DNA from: an uncultured Chloroflexia bacterium
GTDB taxonomy: Bacteria > Chloroflexota > Limnocylindria > QHBO01
Assembly (NCBI GenBank): GCA_963805645.1
Contig: CAWDVA010000006.1
Location: 192,078-256,077 of the forward strand
Length of the DNA stretch: 64,000 nucleotides
Direction of reading: 5' to 3'
The notes under the pieces are model-generated. The model was not told the DNA's origin. It did no database searches and saw only the letters and a program-made list of their open reading frames with translations. Within the stretch, counting starts at the first letter, position 1; each line of letters begins with the position of its first letter. The translations under genes were made by a program, and so were the position numbers. This document shows positions 1 through 9,800 of the stretch, piece after piece.

Positions 1-21
1 CCGGTCGAGCCGCTGATCCGG

Positions 22-1098
22 GTGGCGGCTCGCATGCCGGAGGGTCGTCTCCGCGGCCCGGAGGAAGCGCGCGCGGTCGTGCGCCGGGCGAACGAGCGGT
101 TCCGTCGCCGCCGGGCACGAGGCCGTATGCCGATGCGTCCCGCCTGGCTGCCCATCGACCTGGAGACACGACAGGTGACCGGCGCCGACATCGCGTCGGC
201 CGCGGAGCGGGACCTGGGTCGCCTGCCGCCCCGCTTCGTGCGGGGCCTGACCGGGCTGCTCGATCCCGAGGAGCGCATCCTCGCCACCGTGGAGCGGCCA
301 CCCGAAGCCGGAGGCGGGCTCCTGGCCTGGCGCCGACAGCGTGACCGCCGCGCGGCGCTGCTCATGCTCACCGACCGGCAGCTCCTCTGGCTGGTGGACC
401 ACGTCGCGCCCAGCCGGTACCTCCTGGACTGGGGCGTGGATGCCCAGCTCCTGCCGATCGAGCGCCTCCGGGACCTCCGCCTGCGATTCGGGGCGGAGGC
501 CGGCAGCGCACCCACCGGTCTCCTGGTCAGGACCGATGCCGGCGAATCCGCGTTCCCGTTGCCGGCCGACCTCGAGCCGGAGGCGCGGGCCCTGGGCGAG
601 GTCCTGGCGCGGTTCCTCCCCCGGGAGGGGGTGGGGGCGGTCCGCCGCCGCTACCCGGTGGAGGCGATCCCCTTCGACCCCGAGCCTGCCCAGCGCTTCG
701 GGCAGGGTGACGAGGCTGTCGGACGGGTCGCCGGCCTTGCCGCGTCGGCCGCGGCCACGCCCCTCGCCGCGTTCTATGCCCCGCGCCGCGAGCGCGTGAA
801 GCAATCGGTTGCCGTGGTCGTCACGGAGCGCGAGATCCTCGCGGACGTGGCCGGCCGCGGCCGGCCAGCCGGGGACGGCACCGTGGTGCGCGTCCCGCTC
901 GAGACGCTTCGGCTGGTGAGCCTGGCGCTCTCGCCACTCATGGGACGCGTGGAGCTGCACGCGGGAGGCACGCCGCTGCGCTTCAGCTACCCGTCGCCGC
1001 TATCCGAGCCCGCCACCGCCTTCGTCCGCACCTGCCGGCGAGCCTGGGCCAACGTCGCCACCGCACCGGGGCCGGGCATTGCGGACTTCAGCGGATGA
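22..1098 (+). CDS. hypothetical protein (possibly 5'-partial; no in-frame stop between window start and the GTG at 22)
   Basis: Long ORF with protein-like composition in the six-frame track. No recognisable domain. The reading frame is open back to nt 1. Confidence 0.4.
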   Translation: MAARMPEGRLRGPEEARAVVRRANERFRRRRARGRMPMRPAWLPIDLETRQVTGADIASAAERDLGRLPPRFVRGLTGLLDPEERILATVERPPEAGGGLLAWRRQRDRRAALLMLTDRQLLWLVDHVAPSRYLLDWGVDAQLLPIERLRDLRLRFGAEAGSAPTGLLVRTDAGESAFPLPADLEPEARALGEVLARFLPREGVGAVRRRYPVEAIPFDPEPAQRFGQGDEAVGRVAGLAASAAATPLAAFYAPRRERVKQSVAVVVTEREILADVAGRGRPAGDGTVVRVPLETLRLVSLALSPLMGRVELHAGGTPLRFSYPSPLSEPATAFVRTCRRAWANVATAPGPGIADFSG

Positions 1099-1362
1099 AG
1101 GCACGGTCGTCCAGGCACGCCATCCACCGCCCGTGGATGTGGTCCTCGACGCCGGCCGGGCGGCAGATATGGTCCGGGGAGAAGTCCATCGGTCGCCCAA
1201 CCAGCCGCGGTGCGCGCTCGCGCCCCCATTGGTCCGGGGTGTGATAGCCCGGACGAGCGGTGGTGGATCGGCCACCCCATCGGTATGGTCGCAGCTGGGC
1301 ACACGAATCCGAGCGCTGGCGACGGCCCCGAGGGGCCCCAAGCGAAGGAGCGAACAGGACCG

Positions 1363-1746
1363 ATGCAGGGCGTCCAGGCACGCGAATGGCGTCGATTCGG
1401 CTTCGGTGGTCCACCCGAGCCGTGGGAGCAGGAGGCACAGCGAGAGCTCGATCGCCTCGCGACCTCGTACTACCTCGATGTCGTGCAGCTGCGACCACGA
1501 GCCTTCGCTGCCGCCACCGATCCCGAGGCGCGCCGGCGTCTCGAAGAGCTGTACGCCACGGCCGTGCGCCACAAGCACGAGATCGACTTCACGCTGCGCC
1601 ACTGGGCCACTCCCGTGGAGCGCGCGCGAGTTGACGACCGCCTTGGTCAGCTGATGCGCATCGGCCGCCGGTTCCGCGCCTTCGTGGAAGCGTCCCGCCC
1701 TGAGGACGGCCCGGATCCCGCCGACGAGGCCGCGGCCGTCGCCTGA
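1363..1746 (+). CDS. small hypothetical protein (127 aa, helical, Glu/Arg-rich)
   Basis: ATG at 1363 is preceded by an AAGGAG Shine-Dalgarno sequence. The translation (MQGVQAREWRRFGF...) has protein-like composition. It is in frame within track ORF 1210..1746. Confidence 0.5.
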   Translation: MQGVQAREWRRFGFGGPPEPWEQEAQRELDRLATSYYLDVVQLRPRAFAAATDPEARRRLEELYATAVRHKHEIDFTLRHWATPVERARVDDRLGQLMRIGRRFRAFVEASRPEDGPDPADEAAAVA

Positions 1747-1752
1747 TTGATC

Positions 1753-1786
1753 TGTGGGGCCCCGGCCATCCCGGCCGGGGACCCCA
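1753..1786 (+). terminator. GC-rich hairpin immediately after stop of 1363..1746 (no U-tract)
   Basis: gtggggccccggcc-atcc-cggccggggaccccac forms a stem of about 13 bp with one bulge. Confidence 0.3.
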
Positions 1787-1818
1787 CGCCAACCCCACAT
1801 GGCCGCTCCCGCGCCACC

Positions 1819-1884
1819 CATCGCCGGTGCGCGTGACATCCATCGCCGGTGCGCGTGACATCCATCGCTGGCCCCCGGCGCCAC
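1819..1884. repeat. 22-bp tandem direct repeat: 2 perfect copies plus 1 degenerate copy
   Basis: catcgccggtgcgcgtgacatc occurs at 1819-1840 and 1841-1862. The variant catcgctggcccccggcgccac follows. A gcgccacccatcgccg motif also recurs at about 1812, 1878 and 1945, giving a 66-67 bp period. Confidence 0.8.
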
Positions 1885-1964
1885 CCATCGCCGGCCCCCG
1901 CGTCAACCCCGCATTGCCGGGACCCCGCGTTGCCGGCCCCCGGGGCGCCACCCATCGCCGCCCC

Positions 1965-2240
1965 GGCGCCACACGTGGCCCGCGTGGGAGAACGCATAAG
2001 GGCCTGCTCCCCCGCCGCGGCACACTCGGTGCGCGTGGCACGGGCAGCAACTACCCCCACGGGCGCCGTCCCACAACGGGGGCGTGTGCCCGAGCGAATT
2101 CCGGCGCCACACGTGGCCCGCGTGGGAGAACGCATAAGGGCCTGCTCCCCCGCCGCGGCACACGCGGTGCGCGTGGCACGGGCGGCAACCACCCACACGG
2201 GCGCCGTCCCACAACGGGGGCGTGTGCCCAGCGAGATCCG
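1965..2240. repeat. about 138-bp tandem direct repeat, 2 copies at about 95% identity
   Basis: ggcgccacacgtggcccgcgtgggagaacgcataagggcctgctcccccgccgcggcacac... is present at 1965 and again at 2103. Confidence 0.85.
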
Positions 2241-2275
2241 GGCGCAGGCTCGCCACGCCCCGATACACTCCTCGC

Positions 2276-3271
2276 GTGGCACCCCGGCTCCCCACCCCGA
2301 GCGACATCCTGGCCGCGGCCGTTCGGCTGCGCGGCATCGCCCTCGACACACCCCTCGAACCGGCACCGGCGCTCGCCGCGGCGAGCGGGGCCGCGGAGGT
2401 GCGCCTGAAGCTCGAGGCGCTCCAACCCACCGGCAGCTTCAAGACCCGCGGCGCCCACAACCGGATCGCCGTCCTGGCGGAGGCTCGCCGCCGTGGCGAC
2501 GCGCCCGACCTGCCCGTCGTGGCGGCATCCTCAGGGAACCACGGGATCGCCGTGGCCCAGGCAGCCACGCGGTACGGCCTGCCTGCCACGATCCTGGTGG
2601 GCACCAGCGTCTCGCCCGCCAAGTTCGAGCGGCTCCGCGCGCTCGAGTCGGACCTCGTGACGGTCCAGATCGCAGGCCGCGACAGCGACGACGCGGAGGC
2701 GGAGGCCCGACGGCGCGACGAGATGGGCGCGGCGACCTACGTGCCGCCGTACCACGACCCCGAGGTGATGGCCGGCCAGGGCACCATCGGGCTCGAGATC
2801 CTGCAGGCCTGGCCGGAGTGCGACGCGATCCTGGTTCCCGTGGGCGGGGGCGGGCTCATCGGCGGCATCGGCACCTGGACCAAGGCGGTGCGGCCGGGCC
2901 TGCGGCTCATCGGCATCCAGCCGGCGGCCTCGCCGCCCATGTACGCGTACCTGGAGTCCGGGTCCACGAAACCCATGCCCATCGCCCCAACCCTGGCCGA
3001 TGGCGTAGCCGGCAACATCTGGCGCGGCAGCATCACCTGGCGCGTGTGCCGGCAGCTCGTTGACGAGGTGGTGCTGGTGGACGAGGACGAGATCGCGGCG
3101 GCCATGCGCTGGTCGCTGCTGGAGCAGCATGTGCTCCTGGAGGGCAGCGCGGTGCTGGGCATCGCCGCGCTGCAGGCCCGTCGCGCCACGGGGCTCGAAG
3201 GTCGGCGGGTGGCCGTGGTCTGCACCGGGCGCAACGTCGACGAGGCGACCCTCCGGCGCGTCCTGGAGTAG
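2276..3271 (+). CDS. PLP-dependent threonine/serine dehydratase-like enzyme (fold type II, catabolic type, no ACT domain)
   Basis: SFKTRGA lysine motif, SSGNHG motif and a glycine-rich GGGGLIGG loop. The GTG at 2276 is in frame. The track start at 2222 lies inside the tandem repeat. Confidence 0.8.
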   Translation: MAPRLPTPSDILAAAVRLRGIALDTPLEPAPALAAASGAAEVRLKLEALQPTGSFKTRGAHNRIAVLAEARRRGDAPDLPVVAASSGNHGIAVAQAATRYGLPATILVGTSVSPAKFERLRALESDLVTVQIAGRDSDDAEAEARRRDEMGAATYVPPYHDPEVMAGQGTIGLEILQAWPECDAILVPVGGGGLIGGIGTWTKAVRPGLRLIGIQPAASPPMYAYLESGSTKPMPIAPTLADGVAGNIWRGSITWRVCRQLVDEVVLVDEDEIAAAMRWSLLEQHVLLEGSAVLGIAALQARRATGLEGRRVAVVCTGRNVDEATLRRVLE

Positions 3272-4321
3272 ATGGTGGCCCGGACCCGCCTCACCCTCCA
3301 GGCGATCGACCTCCACTGCGGCGGCGAGCCGCTGCGCCTGATCACGGCCGGCTTCCCGCCTGTCCCGGACCTCCCCATCCTGGAGCGCCGTGCCTGGGTG
3401 CGGGAACACGCGGATCACGTGCGGCGGGTCGCCATGTACGAGCCGCGCGGCCACCGCGACATGTACGGCGCCGTGATCCTGCCGCCGCATCGCGACGACG
3501 CGGACCTGGCGATCCTGTTCATGCACAACGAGGGCTTCTCCACGATGTGCGGCCACGGGACGCTGGCGGTGGCGACCGCGCTCGTGGAGGAGGGACTCTT
3601 CCCGGCGACCGAGCCCGAGACGGTGATCCGCCTCGAGGCGCCGGCCGGGCTGGTGACGGCCCGCGTGGATGTGCGCCGGACCGATGGCGGCGCCGCCGAA
3701 GTGACCGGGGCCCGCTTCGCGAACGTGCCCGCCTACCTCGCTGCGCGCGACCTCGAGGTGCGGGCCAATGGCCTGCCCGAGGTGACGGTCGACATCGGCT
3801 TCGGGGGCGCGTACTACGGGATCGTGGAAGCAGCGGATCTTGGCCTGCGGATCGTGCCATCCAACGTGGAGGCGCTCACCGGCGCCGGCGCGGCAATCAC
3901 CGAGATCCTGCGCCGCGAGCACGTCCCGGCCCATCCGTTCGACGCGGAGATGAGCTTCGTCTACGGCACGATCATCGTCGACCGCTCCCCCGCCGGTTCC
4001 GGCGACGGACGCGCGGAGGGCGCCGACTGGCGCAACGTCACCATCTTCGCCGACGCGGAGGTGGATCGCTCACCCTGCGGATCCGGCACGTCGGCGCTGC
4101 TGGCCCAGGCCGCGGCGCGCGGCCGGATGGGGGTGGGCGACGAGATCGCGAACGCCTCCATCACCGGCGAGATCTTCACTGGCCGGATCGACGGTGAGAC
4201 GACGTTCGGTCCGCACCCGGCGGTGGACACGACCATCGGCGGTCGCGCGTACCTGACCGGATACCAGACGCTGGTGGTGGACGAGCGGGACCCGCTCGGC
4301 GGCGGCTTCCTCCTGCGCTGA
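3272..4321 (+). CDS. proline racemase / 4-hydroxyproline epimerase family protein (both catalytic Cys present)
   Basis: MCGHGT and DRSPCGSGTSA motifs. The start ATG abuts the TAG stop of the upstream gene (TAGATG). Confidence 0.8.
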   Translation: MVARTRLTLQAIDLHCGGEPLRLITAGFPPVPDLPILERRAWVREHADHVRRVAMYEPRGHRDMYGAVILPPHRDDADLAILFMHNEGFSTMCGHGTLAVATALVEEGLFPATEPETVIRLEAPAGLVTARVDVRRTDGGAAEVTGARFANVPAYLAARDLEVRANGLPEVTVDIGFGGAYYGIVEAADLGLRIVPSNVEALTGAGAAITEILRREHVPAHPFDAEMSFVYGTIIVDRSPAGSGDGRAEGADWRNVTIFADAEVDRSPCGSGTSALLAQAAARGRMGVGDEIANASITGEIFTGRIDGETTFGPHPAVDTTIGGRAYLTGYQTLVVDERDPLGGGFLLR

Positions 4322-4324
4322 GCA

Positions 4325-4365
4325 GGGCCGGCAGGACGTTGGCGGGCGCAATGTATCGCCGGCCC
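4325..4365 (+). terminator. hairpin gggccggc...gccggccc followed by TTGTG
   Basis: 8-bp GC stem enclosing a 25-nt loop, immediately after the racemase stop. Confidence 0.3.
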
Positions 4366-4402
4366 TTGTGCATCGCGACGACCCGTGCCTAGCATCCCCG
4401 CC

Positions 4403-5059
4403 ATGACTACCCCGAACCCGTCGCCGCTCGCGCCCGAGGAGCATCGCGGGAGCGGTGGGGCCGCCATCCTGGGCGCGCTCCTCATCGTCCTGGGCCTGAT
4501 CTTCCTGGCCGGCCAGTACCTGAATCTCGACATCGGCCGGTATGGCTGGCCGCTGTACGTCATCGGTCCCGGGCTGGCGCTCATGCTGCTTGGGCTGACC
4601 CAGCGGGGCGGGAGCGGTCTCGCCATCGGCGGAACGGTCATCACCGTGCTCGGTCTGCTCCTCCTCTTCCAGAACGTCACCGACTACTGGGAGAGCTGGG
4701 CCTACGCCTGGCCGCTCGTGGCCCCGGGCGGCAGCGGCCTGGGCATGCTCCTCTACGGGACGCGCGCCCAGAACGCGTCCATGGCCCGGGCCGGGCTGTG
4801 GCAGGTCGTGACCGCGCTGGCCATCTTCGCGGTCGGCTTCGTCTTCTTCGAGGGGATCCTGGGCATCAGCGGCGGGCGGTTTCCGCTGCCTGACTGGGTC
4901 GCGCCCAGCATCGTGATCGTCCTGGGGCTGGCGGTCCTGGTTCGCGGCTTCACCGCTCGAGCCGACGCGCATGCCGGAGAGTCAGACCTACCCTCCTGGG
5001 ATGCCAGGTCAAGCCGCCCGGGCCCATCGTCCGACCAGGGTCCCGACGAGGAGCGCTAG
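4403..5059 (+). CDS. hypothetical integral membrane protein (about 4 TM)
   Basis: Hydrophobic segments such as ILGALLIVLGLIFLAG, VITVLGLLLLF, VVTALAIFAVGFVFF and IVIVLGLAVLV. The start is ATG at 4403 or the upstream 4385. Confidence 0.5.
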   Translation: MTTPNPSPLAPEEHRGSGGAAILGALLIVLGLIFLAGQYLNLDIGRYGWPLYVIGPGLALMLLGLTQRGGSGLAIGGTVITVLGLLLLFQNVTDYWESWAYAWPLVAPGGSGLGMLLYGTRAQNASMARAGLWQVVTALAIFAVGFVFFEGILGISGGRFPLPDWVAPSIVIVLGLAVLVRGFTARADAHAGESDLPSWDARSSRPGPSSDQGPDEER

Positions 5060-5126
5060 GCGGTAAGCGCGCAAGGAGCCCGGGGTCCGACGGAGCGCCT
5101 CGTCACGCGCGTTCAGGCGCTCGTCG

Positions 5127-5771
5127 GTGCTGTTCGTCACCTGTCAACGCCCTGTTGCTGGTGATACTCTTCCGGGCGTGACCCTGAACGAGCACCCGGA
5201 GCCCGGGGGCCGGGAGCCGGCGCCGGCAACGGCGCTCCACCGGCTGCAGGACTTCGTGAACACCAACGACATCGAGGGCGGAAACGACGCGCTTGGCACG
5301 CCGCAGCAGCTCCGCGACTGGCTCGTGGCGGCCGGCGCCCTCGAAAGAGGGGGCCGCGTCACGCCCGAAGAGCACGCGCGGACGCTCGCCGTGCGCGAGG
5401 GCCTGCGGGCGCTGGGTCGCGCGAACAACGGGGAGCCGCTGGATGCGCACCTCGTCGCGGCCATGAACGCCGCGGGAACGGTCCTGCCGCTCGTCGCGGA
5501 CGTCACCGACTCCGCAACCTGGCGCCTCGCGCCCGCGGGGCGCGGTGTCGACGGGTTCCTCGCCGGCCTGCTGGGAACCCTTGTGAACGCCATCGCCGAT
5601 GGCAGCTGGTCGCGCGTCAAGGCCTGCCGCAACGACACCTGCCGATGGCTCTTCTACGACCAGTCCCGGAACCGCTCGGGCACGTGGTGCACCATGGCCA
5701 TCTGCGGCAGCCGCATCAAGGCCCGTGCCTACCGTGCCCGACGGCGCTCCATCCCGGCCACGGGCGCATGA
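5127..5771 (+). CDS. CGNR zinc-finger (ABATE) domain protein
   Basis: The C-terminus reads CRNDTCRWLFYDQSRNRSGTWCTMAICGSRIK, which matches the CGNR motif. The start may be GTG at 5127 or GTG at 5178. Confidence 0.75.
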   Translation: MLFVTCQRPVAGDTLPGVTLNEHPEPGGREPAPATALHRLQDFVNTNDIEGGNDALGTPQQLRDWLVAAGALERGGRVTPEEHARTLAVREGLRALGRANNGEPLDAHLVAAMNAAGTVLPLVADVTDSATWRLAPAGRGVDGFLAGLLGTLVNAIADGSWSRVKACRNDTCRWLFYDQSRNRSGTWCTMAICGSRIKARAYRARRRSIPATGA

Positions 5772-6370
5772 CAGACGGCCGTCTCGACATCCAGCCGCTC
5801 ACTCCCGACCGATGGGACGACCTGGCCGCGCTCTTCGCTGAAGCCGGCGCCTACAGCCACTGCTGGTGCACCTGGTGGCGCCAGCCCAGCGCCACGTTCG
5901 ATGCCGGCTGCGCCAACGACGGCGCCGGTAATCGCGCCCTCCTGCGCCGGCTCAGCGACGAGGGCCGCGAGCCCGGCCTGATCGCGTACCGGGACGAGCG
6001 GCCGGTGGGCTGGGCCAGCGTGGGACCCCGGCGGGAGTTCGGTCGCATCCTGCGCTCGCCCATCCTGCGCCCGGGTCCCGACGAGGATCCGGACGACCCC
6101 GCCGTCTGGTCGGTGGTCTGCTTCTGGATGCCGCGCGCGGAGCGGGGGAAGGGCCTGGCGACGACGCTCCTGGGAGCTGCCGTCACGCACGCGGCCCAGC
6201 GCGGCGCCAGGACGCTGGAGGCCTACCCGGTCGACACCGGCGCCGAGCGGCGCCCCGCGGCGGGCCTCTTCACCGGCCCGCTGGCCATGTACAGGCGCGC
6301 GGGATTCCAGCTCGTGCCGGAACGCTCATCGCGGCGCCCGGTGGTGCGGCTGGCCCTCACGCGCGGCTGA
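5768..6370 (+). CDS. GNAT family N-acetyltransferase
   Basis: The ATG at 5768 overlaps the upstream TGA (ATGA). The sequence shows the RGKGLATTLL acetyl-CoA-binding-like motif. The track ORF 5645 has a spurious N-terminal extension. Confidence 0.75.
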   Translation: MTDGRLDIQPLTPDRWDDLAALFAEAGAYSHCWCTWWRQPSATFDAGCANDGAGNRALLRRLSDEGREPGLIAYRDERPVGWASVGPRREFGRILRSPILRPGPDEDPDDPAVWSVVCFWMPRAERGKGLATTLLGAAVTHAAQRGARTLEAYPVDTGAERRPAAGLFTGPLAMYRRAGFQLVPERSSRRPVVRLALTRG

Positions 6371-6411
6371 GACCGAGGCCTGATCCGCTCCGAGCGGTCA
6401 CCGGGTTGTCA

Positions 6412-6463
6412 CAGTGGCCACTGGGTCGTCGCAGTGGCCACTGGGTCGTCGCAGTGGCGCCCG
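6412..6463. promoter_or_regulatory. Two perfect 12-bp palindromes CAGTGGCCACTG at 6412-6423 and 6432-6443, with a degenerate third copy at 6452-6463; candidate dimeric-TF operator
   Basis: The sequence is directly self-complementary. The 20-bp centre-to-centre spacing equals two helical turns. The sites lie 42 bp after the GNAT stop, inside the 430-bp kgd leader. Confidence 0.5.
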
Positions 6464-6634
6464 GCCCTCCACAGCGGCCTCATGACCCGGCGGTGCGGCT
6501 CGACTTGCCACCTGCGGATCACCGTAGCGTTAGGCGACTCCACGGCTCCGTCCCGTCACCGGGGGCGGCTCTCCTGAGCGTGGGCGGCGCTGCCCACCGA
6601 GCCGATGGTGCACCCCGAAGTCGTCCAACGCTGC

Positions 6635-6720
6635 TGACATGCGCGCCTGACGAGTCGGGAGGGTCCCGGCACCAATCACCGCCGCTAACGCGATTGACAT
6701 CCGCGCCTGAAGAGTCGAGA
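6635..6720. repeat. Two copies of a 26-bp motif, tgacatNcgcgcctgaMgagtcgRga, spaced 60 bp apart
   Basis: The copies are at 6635-6660 and 6695-6720. The second begins with TTGACA and is followed by the 10-bp palindrome cgctcgagcg. Confidence 0.4.
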
Positions 6721-6809
6721 CGCTCGAGCGCCGGGGCGCGCGGCGACCCAACGTGCGCCTCTCGCTCCCGCGCTGACTCGCCCGGCGCCGTCGCCTATGC
6801 TTGCGGGTG

Positions 6810-9800
6810 ATGGCATCCCGCGACACGATCGACTCGAAACCGGTCGCCGGGGACGAGCTCCCCGACGACCTGAACCTGATCAACGCCGGGTATATCGCCC
6901 AGCTCTACGAGGCGTACCGGGCGGATCCGGCGTCCGTTGACCCGGAGTGGCGCACGCGCTTCGACGCCGGGTTCGCCGGCATGGAGCCCCTGGCAGCCGC
7001 ACCGCCGACCACCGACGGGTCCGGCGGCGAAGCGTCTTCGGCAGACGCGGCGCCCCCGGCGGAGCAGGCCCTGCCACCCGGCGCCACCCCCATTCGCGGC
7101 CCCGCGGTTCGGCTGGTGACGAACATGACCGCATCGCTGGGCGTGCCCACCGCCACGAGCTTCCGCGACCTCGAGGTGAGCATCCTGGAAGCGCGCCGGC
7201 GCGAGCTCAACGCCCAGGTCGCGCCGCGCAAGGTGAGCTTCACGCACCTGATCGGCTACGCCATCGTCCGTGCCGCCGCCGAGCAGCGGACCATGACACA
7301 TGCCTTCGCGGAGACGGCCGACGGCCAGCCCCTGCGCATGGACCCCGGGACGCTCAACCTGGGCCTGGCGGTGGACGTGGAGCGGCCGGACGGCGGCCGC
7401 TTCCTGGTGGTCCCCGTCATCAAGGGCGCGGACGACATGGACTTCGCCGCCTTCCATGCCCGCTACGAGGAGCTGGTCGCCGGCGCGCGCACCAACCGCC
7501 TCTCGCCAGACGACTTCGCGGGCGGGACCATCACCCTGACCAACCCGGGGACGCTGGGGACCACGGCGTCGGTCCCACGGCTCATGGCAGGCCAGGGCAC
7601 CATCGTGGCCACCGGCGCCATCCGCTCGCTGGCCGGGTCACGGTTGATGACCATCACCAGCACCTATGACCACCGCATCATCCAGGGCGCGGAGTCCGGC
7701 CTGTTCCTGCGGCGCATCGACGACGCGCTGGCGGGGCGCGACGGCTTCTACGAGGAGGTCTTCGCCGCCATGGGCGCTGCCCTCGGTCCGGCGCCGGCGC
7801 CGGCGCCGGAGTCGCTGACCGCCGCGCCACCGGTTTCTGCCGCCCCGACGCAGCCGGCCCCGGCTCCCGGAGCTGCGGCGGACGACCTGCGCCACATGGC
7901 CGCGGCCATGGCCCTGGTGGGCGCCTATCGCCTCTACGGCCACCTGGGCGCCACGCTGGATCCGCTGGGCGGCGATCCGCCGGGCGATCCGGCCCTCGAT
8001 CCGGCCTTCCATGGCCTGACACCGGAGATCATGGACCGCATCCCCGCCGGACAGCTGGGCGTCCATGTCGGCGGCGAGACGTTGAGCGAGGTGCTGGCCG
8101 CCCTGCGCCGCACGTACACCGGCACCATCGCCTACGAGGTCGAGCATCTCGGCAACCACGCCGAGCGCGCCTGGCTGCGGCGGGTGATCGAGTCCGGCGC
8201 GCATCGAGCCCCGCTGACCGCCGACGAGCAGCGACGCCTGCTCGAGCGCCTGACCGCCGTGGAGGGGCTGGAGCGCTTCCTCCATCGGGCCTACCTGGGC
8301 CAGAAGCGGTTCAGCATCGAGGGCCTGGACGCCATGGTGCCCATGCTCGACCTGATCCTGGAGATGGGGGCCGCGCAGGGAACCCGGCGCGCGGTGATCG
8401 GCATGGCGCATCGCGGCCGCCTCAACGTCCTCGCCCACACGGTGGGGATGAGCTACGACGCGATCCTGGCCGAGTTCGAGGCCGGGCGCCCGGACGAGGC
8501 GGTCATGCCCGACACCGAGGCGGACGACGTCAAGTACCACCTGGGCGCCGACGGCGTCTTTCCCTGCACCGCGGGCGAGGTCGCCGTCTCGGTGATGCCC
8601 AACCCGTCCCACCTCGAAGCGGTGGACCCCGTGGTCGAGGGGCGCGCCCGCGCCGAGCAGACGGACCGCTCGGCCTCACCCGCGAGGGTGGACACGCGCC
8701 GCACCCTGCCGATCCTGATCCACGGCGACGCGGCCTTCGCGGCGCAGGGCGTGGTGGCCGAGTCGTTCAACCTGTCGCGGCTCCCCGGGTATGCCAACGG
8801 CGGGACCGTCCACATCATCGGCAACAACCAGATCGGCTTCACCACCGGCGCCGACGAGGCGCGCTCCACCACCTACTCGTCGGACCTGGCCAAGGGGTTC
8901 GACGTGCCCATCGTCCACGTCAACGCCGACGACCCGGAGGCGTGCCTGGCGGCCGCGCGCCTGGCCATGCTCTACCGCGCCGAGTTCGACGCGGACATGG
9001 TCATCGACCTGGTGGGCTACCGCCGCTACGGCCATAACGAGGGCGACGAGCCGGCCTACAGCCAGCCGATCATGTACGAGAAGATCGCGACGCATCCCAG
9101 CGTGCGCGATCGGTACCTCGAACGCCTGGTCGCCGATGGCATCGTCAACGCGGACCAGGCGGCGGAGGACGCCAAGGCGCTCGCGCGGGCGTTCGCCAAG
9201 CGCCAGGCAGCGGTGCGCAAGCGCGCCACGGAGCCCGCGCTCGACCGCGGGACGGACGCGCTCCCGCGCGATGGCGGTGCAGACCCGGAGACCGCCGTCC
9301 CCGCCGACGTGCTGCGCTCGCTCAACGACCAGCTGCTCAGCTGGCCGGACGGGTTCAGCATCAACACCAAGCTCGAGCGACAGCTGGAGCGGCGACGCGG
9401 CGCGTTCGATGCGGACGAGCCGCGCATCGAGTGGGGGCACGCGGAGTCGCTGGCGCTGGGCTCGCTGCTCCTGGAAGGGACGCCCATCCGCCTCTCGGGG
9501 CAGGACAGCGTGCGCGGCACGTTCTCGCAGCGCCACCAGACCCTGGTCGACACCCAGACCGGCGAGCGCTACACGCCCATCCAGCACCTCGACGGTGCAC
9601 GGGCCAGCTTCGAGCTGCACAACTCCCCCCTGAGCGAGTACGCGGCGCTGGGCTTCGAGTACGGGTACGCCGTCACCGCGCCCGAGGCGCTGGTGCTCTG
9701 GGAGGCACAGTACGGCGACTTCGCCAACGGGGCGGAGATCATCATCGACCAGTTCCTCATTGCCGGGCTGGCCAAGTGGCGCCAGACGTCACGGCTCACG

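Noticed and set aside
1819-2240. Short direct repeats that might be a CRISPR array
   Set aside because: The repeats are contiguous tandem copies with no unique spacers, and the units are 22, 66 and 138 bp with internal degeneracy. No cas genes are nearby.
2531-3934. 467-aa minus-strand ORF antisense to the dehydratase and racemase genes
   Set aside because: No motifs and biased composition. The plus-strand genes have strong family signatures.
6693-6730. TTGACA at 6695 as the kgd -35 element
   Set aside because: No acceptable -10 hexamer 16-19 bp downstream (gagacg). The hexamer is part of the 26-bp repeated motif, so it is kept as a motif rather than called a promoter.
6406-6810. 134-aa ORF covering the kgd leader
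   Set aside because: Arg/Pro/Ser-rich translation spanning the palindromes and repeats. It is more plausibly non-coding regulatory DNA.
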